Virus record (IMG/VR): IMGVR_UViG_3300014204_000122 | Location: 32,001-96,000 of that record | DNA length: 64,000 nt | DNA from: a virus | Taxonomy: Duplodnaviria; Caudoviricetes | Direction: 5' to 3' (one strand) | Shown here: one piece after another, positions 55,136-64,000 of the stretch | Position numbering within the stretch: the stretch's first letter is position 1 | Layout: every line of letters begins with the position of its first letter | Program-made: the position numbers and the translations under genes | The notes under the pieces: model-generated | Seen by the model: the letters and a program-made list of their open reading frames with translations, nothing else | Databases searched by the model: none | What the model was told of the DNA's origin: nothing

Positions 55136-55456
55136 TTAATTTTCATCCTGATTATCTTCTATTTCATCAAAAACTTCTTCTTCCACTTCATCATAATCAA
55201 AATATTCTTCTTCCTCATCACCATCAACTTCTTCAATTTTTTTTACAACTCTATTTTTAGCAATATCGTCGCATTTTTTACCATTTTTTTTACACTCAAA
55301 TTTTAAAACATCTAAATTATCTTTTATATATTCCAATAAATCTTTATCAGAAATTTTATTATTATATATTCCTAATAAATATTCAGCAGGAATATTAATT
55401 AATTTTCGTCCCTTATAAGGTCCAAAATTAATTATTGAATCATCATCTAGTATCAT
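55136..55456 (-). CDS. DUF3820-like small protein with acidic tail
   Basis: INFGPYKGRKLINIPAEYL motif. Confidence 0.6.
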   Translation of the reverse strand: MILDDDSIINFGPYKGRKLINIPAEYLLGIYNNKISDKDLLEYIKDNLDVLKFECKKNGKKCDDIAKNRVVKKIEEVDGDEEEEYFDYDEVEEEVFDEIEDNQDEN

Positions 55457-55693
55457 TAAAATTATTTTTTTTGTTTATAAATATAACTTTAATTTAAAAT
55501 AAGTAATTTTTTTAAATTTAAAACATTGTTATTGTATTTAACTTAAATCTATACAAAATGTATTATATGAAAATACAATCATTATATTATTTTATGAGCT
55601 CTAAACAATTATCTTTCTAAATATGTAACTACATGTCACTTTAAATAAATAAGCTCTTTAAACAAAAGATTTCTTATATTAAACAATAAAATA

Positions 55694-55970
55694 AGGTTTG
55701 TATCGTAGTGGCGTACCTAACAAATAAAGCGTTAATTTTGTAAAACACCACTTGTTCATGTTCTTGTAATAAATAAAAGTCTTGCTCTGTCTACAGGTGA
55801 CAACAAGGACCTTAAAGCTGGTCATACCAAAATTTTTATTACACCGGTGGGAGAAACGGATGGAAAGGGTTGAGCATTTATAACCAACGCAAAAATATGG
55901 TTATAGAACTTTTTTAAAATTAGAGGATTTTGTTTACACAAAGGCCTTTAGCTTTAAGGGAGAAAACCTG
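55694..55970 (+). ncRNA. candidate structured non-coding RNA (unassigned; strand tentative)
   Basis: GC-enriched ORF-free island after TTTCTTATATTA. End pairing AGGTTT/AAACCT; long-range CCTTAAAGCT/AGCTTTAAGG; hairpins TATAACCA/TGGTTATA and TGTC/GACA. Confidence 0.45.
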
Positions 55971-56021
55971 AGGTATGTATAAAAAATTATATTTAAAGAT
56001 AAATAATAAAATACAAATAAA

Positions 56022-56882
56022 ATGAAATCAGAATTAGAAAAATAATTAGAAATACAATTACTTACTGAAAAAATACAAAGAATCTCTGGAAAGAAAATTG
56101 TTTTAGAAGAAAGTGAAAAGGATATTTTTGATTTATATCAAACATATCCAATAAAGGGAAATAGAAAACTAGGTGTAGTAGAATCGATAAATGGAAAAGA
56201 TATTGAAAAAAAACAAACAGATAAAATTTGTAGTGATTTAGAAAACTTAGGATATTATACTCATGTTGTTAAAAATAGATTTGGTTATTATGATATTATT
56301 TTTTATAAAGATTTTAACAGTGAAATTGATAAAGCCATTAAGCTTTATAAAAAATACACGAGCTTTTCTATGATAGATAAAAAAGACACAATGGATGGAT
56401 TAACTAAAGATGAACATATTTTTTTAGGAAGAATGTTTGGTATAAAAGAATCAGAAATAAATAAATTTGTATTTGATATTTTTAATGACGATAACGATGA
56501 TGAAGAATGGAAAAAAGCTGTTGAAAATTATATAGATGAAAATGATGCTGTTTTAATAAAACCTTTTTTGGAAGATAAAAGAAAACTTTCGGCTAAATTT
56601 GAAATGCAAGGAACAACTATTATTGTAACTTTTAACAAAAAATTTATATTTCCGGAAAATTATAAAGCTGATTTTTTCTTTATGAGATTAATGGTAACAC
56701 AATTTAATAAAGGTTTAAAAAAATCAAATAAATTAAAAATAATATCTCCTAATATTATAAGTTGTGAAAATATTCCAGGAGAAATAGATTTGGATTTATT
56801 TAACGAACTTGTAAAAGAAATAGAGGAAGACCTTATTTGGGCTGCAAAACGATATTTAAAAAATACTTCAAAAAGATCTTAG
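56022..56882 (+). pseudogene. leader-tagged gene interrupted by TAA at codon 8
   Basis: ATG 56022 MKSELEK*LEIQLLTEKIQRISGKKIVLEE is in frame with track ORF 56370..56882; TAA at 56043 where the paralogs have CAA. Confidence 0.75.
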
Positions 56883-56926
56883 GTAATATTAAAAAGCCTA
56901 TATTTATATAGGCTTTTTAATATTAC
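56883..56926. terminator. bidirectional intrinsic terminator
   Basis: GTAATATTAAAAAGCCTATAT / ATATAGGCTTTTTAATATTAC inverted repeat between convergent genes. Confidence 0.85.
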
Positions 56927-57197
56927 GTTTATTTATTAATTAAAAGGTTTTAACAATTCTTCTTCTGATTTTTAAAAACCTCCAACCATTTCATCAGAAT
57001 CACCCCAAGAATCACTAATAATTTCATCTAAAACATCTTCAGATATTTTCCTTTCAAAAAACGCCTTACAATATCTTGCTAATACAGTAAAGTATTTGAT
57101 AGTTTTTGTTAAAGAAAATCCCACATAAGGATATCCTTTATCACCACTTTCTTCATTCCATTTATTCCAATAAGCTATAGCTTTTTAATAAGATTTT

Positions 57198-60100
57198 CTA
57201 AAATTCTAAGTTAATTTTTATATTTAAATCAGCTAAATTGTCTTTTACAATAGGAGGGCTAATTTTAGCATATACTAAAGGTAAACTATTAACATTTCCA
57301 TCTCTATTAGTTATATGAAAAGCAATTTCAGATATTAATTTTTTGTTATGTAAACTATTTCCCTCATCAAAAGTAGGGTTAACAGATTTATTCCATTTAT
57401 CCGCTTCTGCTTTAATATTAAATGTTAATCCATATTGAGTTACTTGTTCTTTGTGGGATAAGTTGCCTATTAATATATGAGGAGTAGCCATAGTTGTAAT
57501 TAATTCTGATTCTATTTCGTAAATATTAATAGAATTTAAATAACCAGCTAAATCTACTGTAACTTCCTCTCCTACAACATAAGGAATTGTATTAACAATT
57601 TTTAGATCTTTAACCCCAGTTATATTATAAGGATCCTCAATATCATAATCATATTTTCCTATTATAATATTAGCTATCATACTACCCATATTAACACTTG
57701 TTATATTAAATTGAGGTAAATTAACTTTAAATAAACTTGTAGCATTATTATAAGACCCATCTTCATTTTTACTAGGAATAGAAAAATTAAAAGGAATTAA
57801 TTCACCACACAATATAGATTCACAATGTTCGTTTTCTATATTATAAGTTATAAAATATTCATAACTAGGTTTGTTAGAATAAGTATAGCCAGGTCTACCA
57901 GAAAAACTTGGAGTTGTTAAAAGAATAGGTTCTGTAATCCAGTTAATGTTTCCGTAAACGCCACTAATATATTTAGCTACATAAAAACTATCTTGATCTA
58001 TAACTTTGTATACACATAATATATTATCAGGCGTAGAAGTAAAAATAGAACTGTTAGCGCCTGGTACATCTTTAATATAAATAATATCACCATCTTTATA
58101 ATTATGAGGTTGATTTAAACTAATAATTGTTGTACCGATTGTTGTGTCGTATCTTATTTCATTAATAAAACTAACACCAGTAGGGGTTATATTTGAAAAA
58201 GTTTCACCTGCAGTTATAGGTAATAAAGTATAATTTCTATTAGAAGAATATCCCAACGCTAAAGTAATTTCAGTATCAAAAAGTAAAACAAGATTTAAAT
58301 CATGTAATATGTATCCAATTTTTTTAACACTATTAAATAAAGTATATAAAGGTGAATAATTACCTAGAGAGTTATTATCGTTTTTTAATTCATTTATATT
58401 ATTTACAAACCAAGCAGGTTCTACTCCATTGTTTTTTTGAATAATTAAATATGGAATTTCTAAAGATATATTTTCTGCTATGGTTATTCTATCTTTAATT
58501 TGTTCGTTTAAATTAAGTACTGTAAAAGGCGTTTTAAAACCTGTTATAACTGGTAATAAATCTTGAAGTTGACTTTTTATTCCAAAATATTCTGATCCTT
58601 TATAATTTATATAATTTTTTTTACTTGAGGTATTATCCCCCAACATTTGATCTCTGTGTATTTCACGTTGTTGCCATAAACTATTATACAAATCTTCAGT
58701 ATTCCAATTTCTATTTAAAAGAATAAGTAAATATTTACCACTTCCAACAATATTAATGAAATTTTTATCAACATCTATATCAAAAGTATTTCCAATTTGT
58801 GTAACACTAGTTATTTGATAAATATATGTTTCTTGATTAAAAAAATAAGGAATATTATTAATTCCATCAGTTCCAGAAGAAGCTCCTAATATTTCGTTTG
58901 GTAAATATTGAACTATTAAATAAGAACCATCAGTAGGAACAGTATGAACGTCTTCAATAATTATTTCTTTTATTATTTTATCAGATTCTATTGTTAAAGT
59001 ATCATATAAACCAATAGGGGTAGTGTAAACTTCATTCCAAAAATATTTAGTAAACTCAAAACTATACGAATTACTTACATATGTATCAAACATAGGAGCA
59101 TTTATTAATGCAGATTCTAAAAAAATATTAATTGAATTTTCTGTATAAGATAAAACTTTATATTTTCCTGTCGGAATTACAACAAAACCTCCTATTTCTA
59201 TATCTATAGGAATAGTTATATATTCAAAAGAGTTATTGTTAAAAACTTCTCCTGTATATAATATTTTAACCTCATAATTTTCCCCTGTAGTCTCATCAAT
59301 TAATTCAGTAATTTTATTAAAAAAAATAGATTTATAAAATATACCTTTTTCTTTTAAAGGAGAAGATAATATATTTTCATAATTAGAACAATTAACAGTT
59401 TCTCCATAATAATTATTAGTTAAGTTTTGTTCTAATATATTATTTCCTTCAAAATAAACTCCAAAGGGATATAAATTATGATAATTGATAGTACAATTTC
59501 CTAATAATTGGCTTTTGTGTAATTTTAAAAATTTTAAATCTGTATTTTGAGCTAAAATATTACCATTTACTAAAATTGTTATTATATCAGAAGATCCTAA
59601 TACTATTTGACCTTGAAGATATATTTCTGCCATGTCTTTAAAATAACAAGTATCTGCTGGATATTCAGCAATTAGTTCTACTTTCCAATTACCTTGAGGT
59701 AAATTAATAATTTGATCAGTAGTATAATTATATATATATTCTTTATATATAGTATTAGTAATAATGTTTTTTATAATATATTTTACATTATAAAACCTTG
59801 TTAAAAGATTTTTACAATCACTTAAAGAAAGTTCATAAGTATGGCTTCCTTGCACAAATTCATCAATATTTGTTATCCCCGTGTTACTAATATTATCTAA
59901 ACTTAAGGTTAGAGTTGAAGTTTCGTTATCTATAATTGAAAGAGATGAACGTTCTAACGTTTTTATTTTAAAAGTAGGTAATTTAAAAGATGTTTTATAA
60001 ACACTACCAACTTCTCCATAATAAGTTGAGAAGCTATTATTTATTATAACATATATATGTTTTATATTAGGACCTGATTTAATTGAAGAGGCCCCTATTA

Positions 60101-61022
60101 AGGGAACACCTATTACAAAAGTATCAGATGAAGAAAAATTAACAGCCCTCCAAGATGAAGAATTTGAAATAACTTCTACAAATTTTCCGGCAGTATTTGA
60201 GTTAAATACGTTATAAGGAGTATTTATAATATATTTAAACCAAGAATCAATTGAAACAACACCTTTAGTGTTATTAATAAAAATTTCAATACCTTTTGTT
60301 GAACTATTATATCTTCCTGAAGTGTTTGTTTGATAAGTAAGCCATGATTGATTTAAATTACTTCCAGGGTTACTTGTATCGAATCCAGTAGCTAGTAATT
60401 TACCTTCTACTTTTTGAAAAATATTAACAATTTTACTAGTTTTAGCAATAGCTAAAGATGGATGAGTAATATTACCACACTCTACACTTATTTGTGAATC
60501 TATATGAGGGTTTCCATTAACATGTAAAAATAAATAAAAGTCTATTTTATATTCTCTAGAGTTGTTTCCTAATCCAGTTGAATCAAAAGTCATGTTATAA
60601 TTATCTTTAATTCCAATAACAGGTATAGAACTAGATACGGGCACTCCATTGTTATCTTCAAAATCACTTACTTTGGTATAAAAATCTCCTATTTCATAAG
60701 CATTAGTTACATTAGTAATAGGCCTATACATATATCCATTAACACTACCAACGGCTGTTGAAGGATAGGAAATAACTACAAGTGTTTGCCAGTGATTAAT
60801 ATGAGTAATACCATTTTCATCTATACTAGTACCCCCAGGAGCATCAGTACTATAAGTTATAGTAGTTTTATCATCTATTTCATCTTGAACTTCAACTACG
60901 AAGTTTTTTAAATTTATATTTTCTATAATTTTTGAAGAAGTTTGTATATCTTCTATATAGTCATTTTCTAATTTTAAACCATCAGAGGTTAAACAATAGA
61001 AATAATTTTTAGTAATACTCAT
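57198..61022 (-). CDS. large virion structural protein (baseplate/tail)
   Basis: 1274 aa, beta-rich; C-terminal WNKSVNPTF...ISEIA....VYAKIS.PI.K........IKINLEF. Confidence 0.55.
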   Translation of the reverse strand: MSITKNYFYCLTSDGLKLENDYIEDIQTSSKIIENINLKNFVVEVQDEIDDKTTITYSTDAPGGTSIDENGITHINHWQTLVVISYPSTAVGSVNGYMYRPITNVTNAYEIGDFYTKVSDFEDNNGVPVSSSIPVIGIKDNYNMTFDSTGLGNNSREYKIDFYLFLHVNGNPHIDSQISVECGNITHPSLAIAKTSKIVNIFQKVEGKLLATGFDTSNPGSNLNQSWLTYQTNTSGRYNSSTKGIEIFINNTKGVVSIDSWFKYIINTPYNVFNSNTAGKFVEVISNSSSWRAVNFSSSDTFVIGVPLIGASSIKSGPNIKHIYVIINNSFSTYYGEVGSVYKTSFKLPTFKIKTLERSSLSIIDNETSTLTLSLDNISNTGITNIDEFVQGSHTYELSLSDCKNLLTRFYNVKYIIKNIITNTIYKEYIYNYTTDQIINLPQGNWKVELIAEYPADTCYFKDMAEIYLQGQIVLGSSDIITILVNGNILAQNTDLKFLKLHKSQLLGNCTINYHNLYPFGVYFEGNNILEQNLTNNYYGETVNCSNYENILSSPLKEKGIFYKSIFFNKITELIDETTGENYEVKILYTGEVFNNNSFEYITIPIDIEIGGFVVIPTGKYKVLSYTENSINIFLESALINAPMFDTYVSNSYSFEFTKYFWNEVYTTPIGLYDTLTIESDKIIKEIIIEDVHTVPTDGSYLIVQYLPNEILGASSGTDGINNIPYFFNQETYIYQITSVTQIGNTFDIDVDKNFINIVGSGKYLLILLNRNWNTEDLYNSLWQQREIHRDQMLGDNTSSKKNYINYKGSEYFGIKSQLQDLLPVITGFKTPFTVLNLNEQIKDRITIAENISLEIPYLIIQKNNGVEPAWFVNNINELKNDNNSLGNYSPLYTLFNSVKKIGYILHDLNLVLLFDTEITLALGYSSNRNYTLLPITAGETFSNITPTGVSFINEIRYDTTIGTTIISLNQPHNYKDGDIIYIKDVPGANSSIFTSTPDNILCVYKVIDQDSFYVAKYISGVYGNINWITEPILLTTPSFSGRPGYTYSNKPSYEYFITYNIENEHCESILCGELIPFNFSIPSKNEDGSYNNATSLFKVNLPQFNITSVNMGSMIANIIIGKYDYDIEDPYNITGVKDLKIVNTIPYVVGEEVTVDLAGYLNSINIYEIESELITTMATPHILIGNLSHKEQVTQYGLTFNIKAEADKWNKSVNPTFDEGNSLHNKKLISEIAFHITNRDGNVNSLPLVYAKISPPIVKDNLADLNIKINLEF

Positions 61023-61024
61023 TT

Positions 61025-61741
61025 TTAATATTTATAAACTAATTGTTTTTTTATTGCAGATTCATTACCTATAATACTTAATATATTTTCTCGTCCTAAA
61101 GTATTCCAAGTTTTAGGTTTAAGAAAAGAAAATGAATTATTATCTAAATCATATATTATTTCCCACCCTGTAGGAATATCTGATTCTATGGGATTTGTAA
61201 GAAAACCATTATTATCAAAAATTAAAGGCACGTTATTATTTAAAATAGTATAAGGTTCTTTTAATTGTAATAAATTACCATTACTATCTGTATAATTATC
61301 TATAAGAGTTTTAGGCAATATAACATATCCATCAGTGTTAGGTTCTGTATATAGTAAGGTAAAAAAATTATTTGCATTTATTAAAGTAGGTTTACTTCTT
61401 TTTGTAAAAAAAGTAATTGAATCGGGAGGATAATTATAGTTAGAACTTAATTCTACAACATTATTAGGTGTTTTAAAAATTTTAACAACATTAGCATGTA
61501 TTTCTCCACTTACGTTATTTATATCTCCAGTATATATTAATTTATGCTTAATTCCATAAGATTTAAACGGAGAATTAAAAGATCTTATATTTTCATAAGA
61601 AGCAGACATTTCATAATCGATATCACTATCCCCTAAAGAAATATTAGATATTTTAATACCACTAGTACTACCTCTTTGAGAAAATAAACGTCTAAGTTCA
61701 TCTTGTACTTTTATATCTAATGTAATATTATTCATTTTCAA
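61025..61741 (-). CDS. virion structural protein
   Basis: IKISNISLGDSDIDY motif, typical of large-myovirus baseplate-region proteins. Confidence 0.5.
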   Translation of the reverse strand: MKMNNITLDIKVQDELRRLFSQRGSTSGIKISNISLGDSDIDYEMSASYENIRSFNSPFKSYGIKHKLIYTGDINNVSGEIHANVVKIFKTPNNVVELSSNYNYPPDSITFFTKRSKPTLINANNFFTLLYTEPNTDGYVILPKTLIDNYTDSNGNLLQLKEPYTILNNNVPLIFDNNGFLTNPIESDIPTGWEIIYDLDNNSFSFLKPKTWNTLGRENILSIIGNESAIKKQLVYKY

Positions 61742-62561
61742 TTATTATTTTTAAAACTTCATTATAAGAAATCTTCTTTTTATCTATTATACTTTGAATA
61801 CACGTTCCAGATTCATTTAAAAAAGGAAGAGCGTTAATTTCTAAAATTTTATATTCTCCGTTTTTTATCATAAAATCGATTGTACAACAAGATTTTATAT
61901 TTAGTTTTTTATATATATCTTCAAAATCTTTTTCTATAAAATTAAAAACAAGATCTTTATTATCATATATATATTTTACTTCTTCATTGTTATTTTTATT
62001 CCAAGTAGAACCTTGTTTTTTAATTAAAACAGGAGAACAAACTTTACCTTTTAATACAGTTATTGTATATTCTGTCCAATTATCATCAACAGATAAATAT
62101 TCTTCATATAAATAATTATCATCATATTTTTTTTCGTTATTTATTATTTTAACAGCAGCAGAATTTTCTCCTATTTTAGGTTTTTTAATACAAGGAAATT
62201 TTATATTAGCTTCCAAGTATGTTTTAGGAATATTTATTTTATTTTTTTTAGCCCATGTTTTAAATTTGGTTTTATCACCACAGATTTCTATAATCTCTTT
62301 AGAAGAAAACAAATAAGGCTTTTGATATTTATCTAAATATTCCTGAATTAACCCAGACTCACTCCAACCAAATTGTATACAGGGTAAAATTATATCAAAT
62401 TCTATTTTTTTTACAATATGTTCTAAATCTTTTATACCTCTAATATCGGTTAAGTAAACATCGTGTTTATCTTCTTTTAAGGTATTATAAAGCTCTCTTG
62501 ATACTATTTGAGTTAAGCCACTGCCTTCACCAATTGTTTTGTTTAAAATTAATATTTTCAT
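61728..62561 (-). CDS. ATP-grasp enzyme, D-Ala-D-Ala ligase-like
   Basis: GWSESGLIQEYL, DKTKFK, FPCIKKP..GENS, YEEYL, IDFMI....ILEINALP. Confidence 0.75.
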   Translation of the reverse strand: MKILILNKTIGEGSGLTQIVSRELYNTLKEDKHDVYLTDIRGIKDLEHIVKKIEFDIILPCIQFGWSESGLIQEYLDKYQKPYLFSSKEIIEICGDKTKFKTWAKKNKINIPKTYLEANIKFPCIKKPKIGENSAAVKIINNEKKYDDNYLYEEYLSVDDNWTEYTITVLKGKVCSPVLIKKQGSTWNKNNNEEVKYIYDNKDLVFNFIEKDFEDIYKKLNIKSCCTIDFMIKNGEYKILEINALPFLNESGTCIQSIIDKKKISYNEVLKIIIENE

Positions 62562-62562
62562 T

Positions 62563-64000
62563 TTATATTGTTATATAATATCCTTTACTTATTAATACTA
62601 TGTTTTCTTTTATATCAGAAGGAATATTGAATTCCAATTCAATTTGTTCTCCCTGTCTTAAAGAGGTATATTTATCTTTAAACTCATAATTAATAGGTTT
62701 AATAGTTATATCTCCAATTTTTATATAAATATAATCTATATAAGATATTTCATTTTTTTCTTCTTTAATATATATATTTAATTTATTATCTTTTATATAA
62801 AAAGAATCTATACTTGTTTCTGATATTTTATCATTAAGAATACCTTCTTGATTTTCTAAAATTTCTGAATAAAATATTTGTTTATTGTTATAATTTAAAT
62901 ATAAGTAAGGACAAGCAATATCAATATAAGGACTAATTATACCACCAGATGTACTTCTTGAACTACTAAAAAGAGAATGATCACATTGTATGTCATTAAG
63001 AGTATATCTTGTTCTTAATTGCATTTGTGAAAAAGTACTGTTTTTATTTCTTGTTGAATAAATTTTTGGGTTTTCACTATATGATACATCAACTATTGAA
63101 GCTGACATTACCATCGATTGATCAGATTCAGGAGATTTAATAGATATAGTAGTTTGTGGTGATAAAACATAACCTGTATCTGGAGAAATACCCCCAAGAC
63201 CAGTTACTGTTATTAGTCTATGTAAAATTCCTTCAATTTCGATATCACTGTAGGTACTATAATAAACTGATTTACCATTATAGGTAATATTATTTCCCAA
63301 TTCAAGTGAAGGGATACTATTTATTGCTAATAGTTGATTAAAAGAATAAACAACTCCGAGAAAATTTGATCCGTCATAACTCATTGTAAATAAAGGATTA
63401 TATAATGTACTACCATTTTTCCCCTTCTCTACTGTTATATAAATTTCGTCTGTATTAGCATCAACAACAGTAGGAATATCTAATATTTTAAAAGTATAAG
63501 TATCACTATCATAACTTAAAGTATCTCCAATAGATAAAATTGGTTTTATTCCATAGCCTTCGGTACTTAACACAGGTGTTAGTTTTATAGTATTATAATT
63601 TACAATAAAACCAGTAAAAGTATTATTAGTCACATCTGTTAAGTGCTGCAATTCTAAATATTTATTTAATTGTATTGAACTAAAAGCAACAGGATTTGAG
63701 TTTCCGGCAACAGGACGTTGAACCAAAGATCCGGGAGTTGAACTGTATGTAGCTGTATTAGTTAAATTATAAGCAAGTTCTCCAAGATAAATTTTTCTTG
63801 TTAAATCTTTTAAAGATAATATATCTCTTTTTCTTATAAAAGTTTCATCCATATCAACAATGTCACCTAATTCATTAGTATTCCAATCATAAGGCTTAGC
63901 TGTTTCGCTTGTTCCTAATATATAAGAATATCTAGCAGTGCGAATAATATGACATTTTTTAAATATAGTATCTTCATATTCAACAGGAGAGGCGTTAATA
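62563..64000 (-). CDS. virion structural protein (5' end lies outside the window)
   Basis: The frame of track ORF 62563..63852 stays open upstream to the window edge (...TAKPYDWNTNELGDIVDMDETF...). Confidence 0.55.
   Translation of the reverse strand, partial: INASPVEYEDTIFKKCHIIRTARYSYILGTSETAKPYDWNTNELGDIVDMDETFIRKRDILSLKDLTRKIYLGELAYNLTNTATYSSTPGSLVQRPVAGNSNPVAFSSIQLNKYLELQHLTDVTNNTFTGFIVNYNTIKLTPVLSTEGYGIKPILSIGDTLSYDSDTYTFKILDIPTVVDANTDEIYITVEKGKNGSTLYNPLFTMSYDGSNFLGVVYSFNQLLAINSIPSLELGNNITYNGKSVYYSTYSDIEIEGILHRLITVTGLGGISPDTGYVLSPQTTISIKSPESDQSMVMSASIVDVSYSENPKIYSTRNKNSTFSQMQLRTRYTLNDIQCDHSLFSSSRSTSGGIISPYIDIACPYLYLNYNNKQIFYSEILENQEGILNDKISETSIDSFYIKDNKLNIYIKEEKNEISYIDYIYIKIGDITIKPINYEFKDKYTSLRQGEQIELEFNIPSDIKENIVLISKGYYITI

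Overview
This 64-kb window is a very AT-rich segment of a large T4-like (jumbo) myophage genome, coded mostly on the minus strand in the standard genetic code. A-rich start contexts without Shine-Dalgarno sites and a signal peptide with Gln at +1 suggest a Bacteroidota host (inference). It contains a tail-fibre/virion block (1.8-17 kb, 57-64 kb), baseplate genes (gp6-, gp25- and gp5-like), a gp2-like DNA end protector, a SNF2 helicase, a macrodomain, a gp55-like late sigma factor, glycosyl- and methyltransferases, a Cas4-like nuclease, FolE2 and a Ddl-like ATP-grasp enzyme. Main finding: two tRNA arrays (8 genes for Pro/Gln/Arg/Ile at 45.7-46.5 kb; 9 genes for Ser/Leu/His at 49.0-49.9 kb) each sit behind a near-identical 99-bp promoter region, an unannotated ~30-codon leader ORF and an intrinsic terminator. 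Each leader carries a run of codons for the amino acids served by its own array (IQIPQQPR; SLLSHLHLLSSS) and can form alternative 1:2, 2:3 and 3:4 hairpins. This looks like ribosome-mediated transcription attenuation that would switch on phage tRNAs only when the matching host tRNAs are depleted. Other findings: terL is fractured by an atypically split intein (31-aa IntN starting with Ser; IntC ending SSN/C). Fourteen proteins share a 'LIEKLQRISGKKVILKE' module resembling a capsid-targeting plus I/L-x-E protease tag, and one of them carries Acb1-like 2H-phosphoesterase and ART-like domains. Several tRNAs have swapped or missing arms, and there is a candidate ~280-nt structured ncRNA. All family assignments come from motif recognition by eye; no database searches were run.
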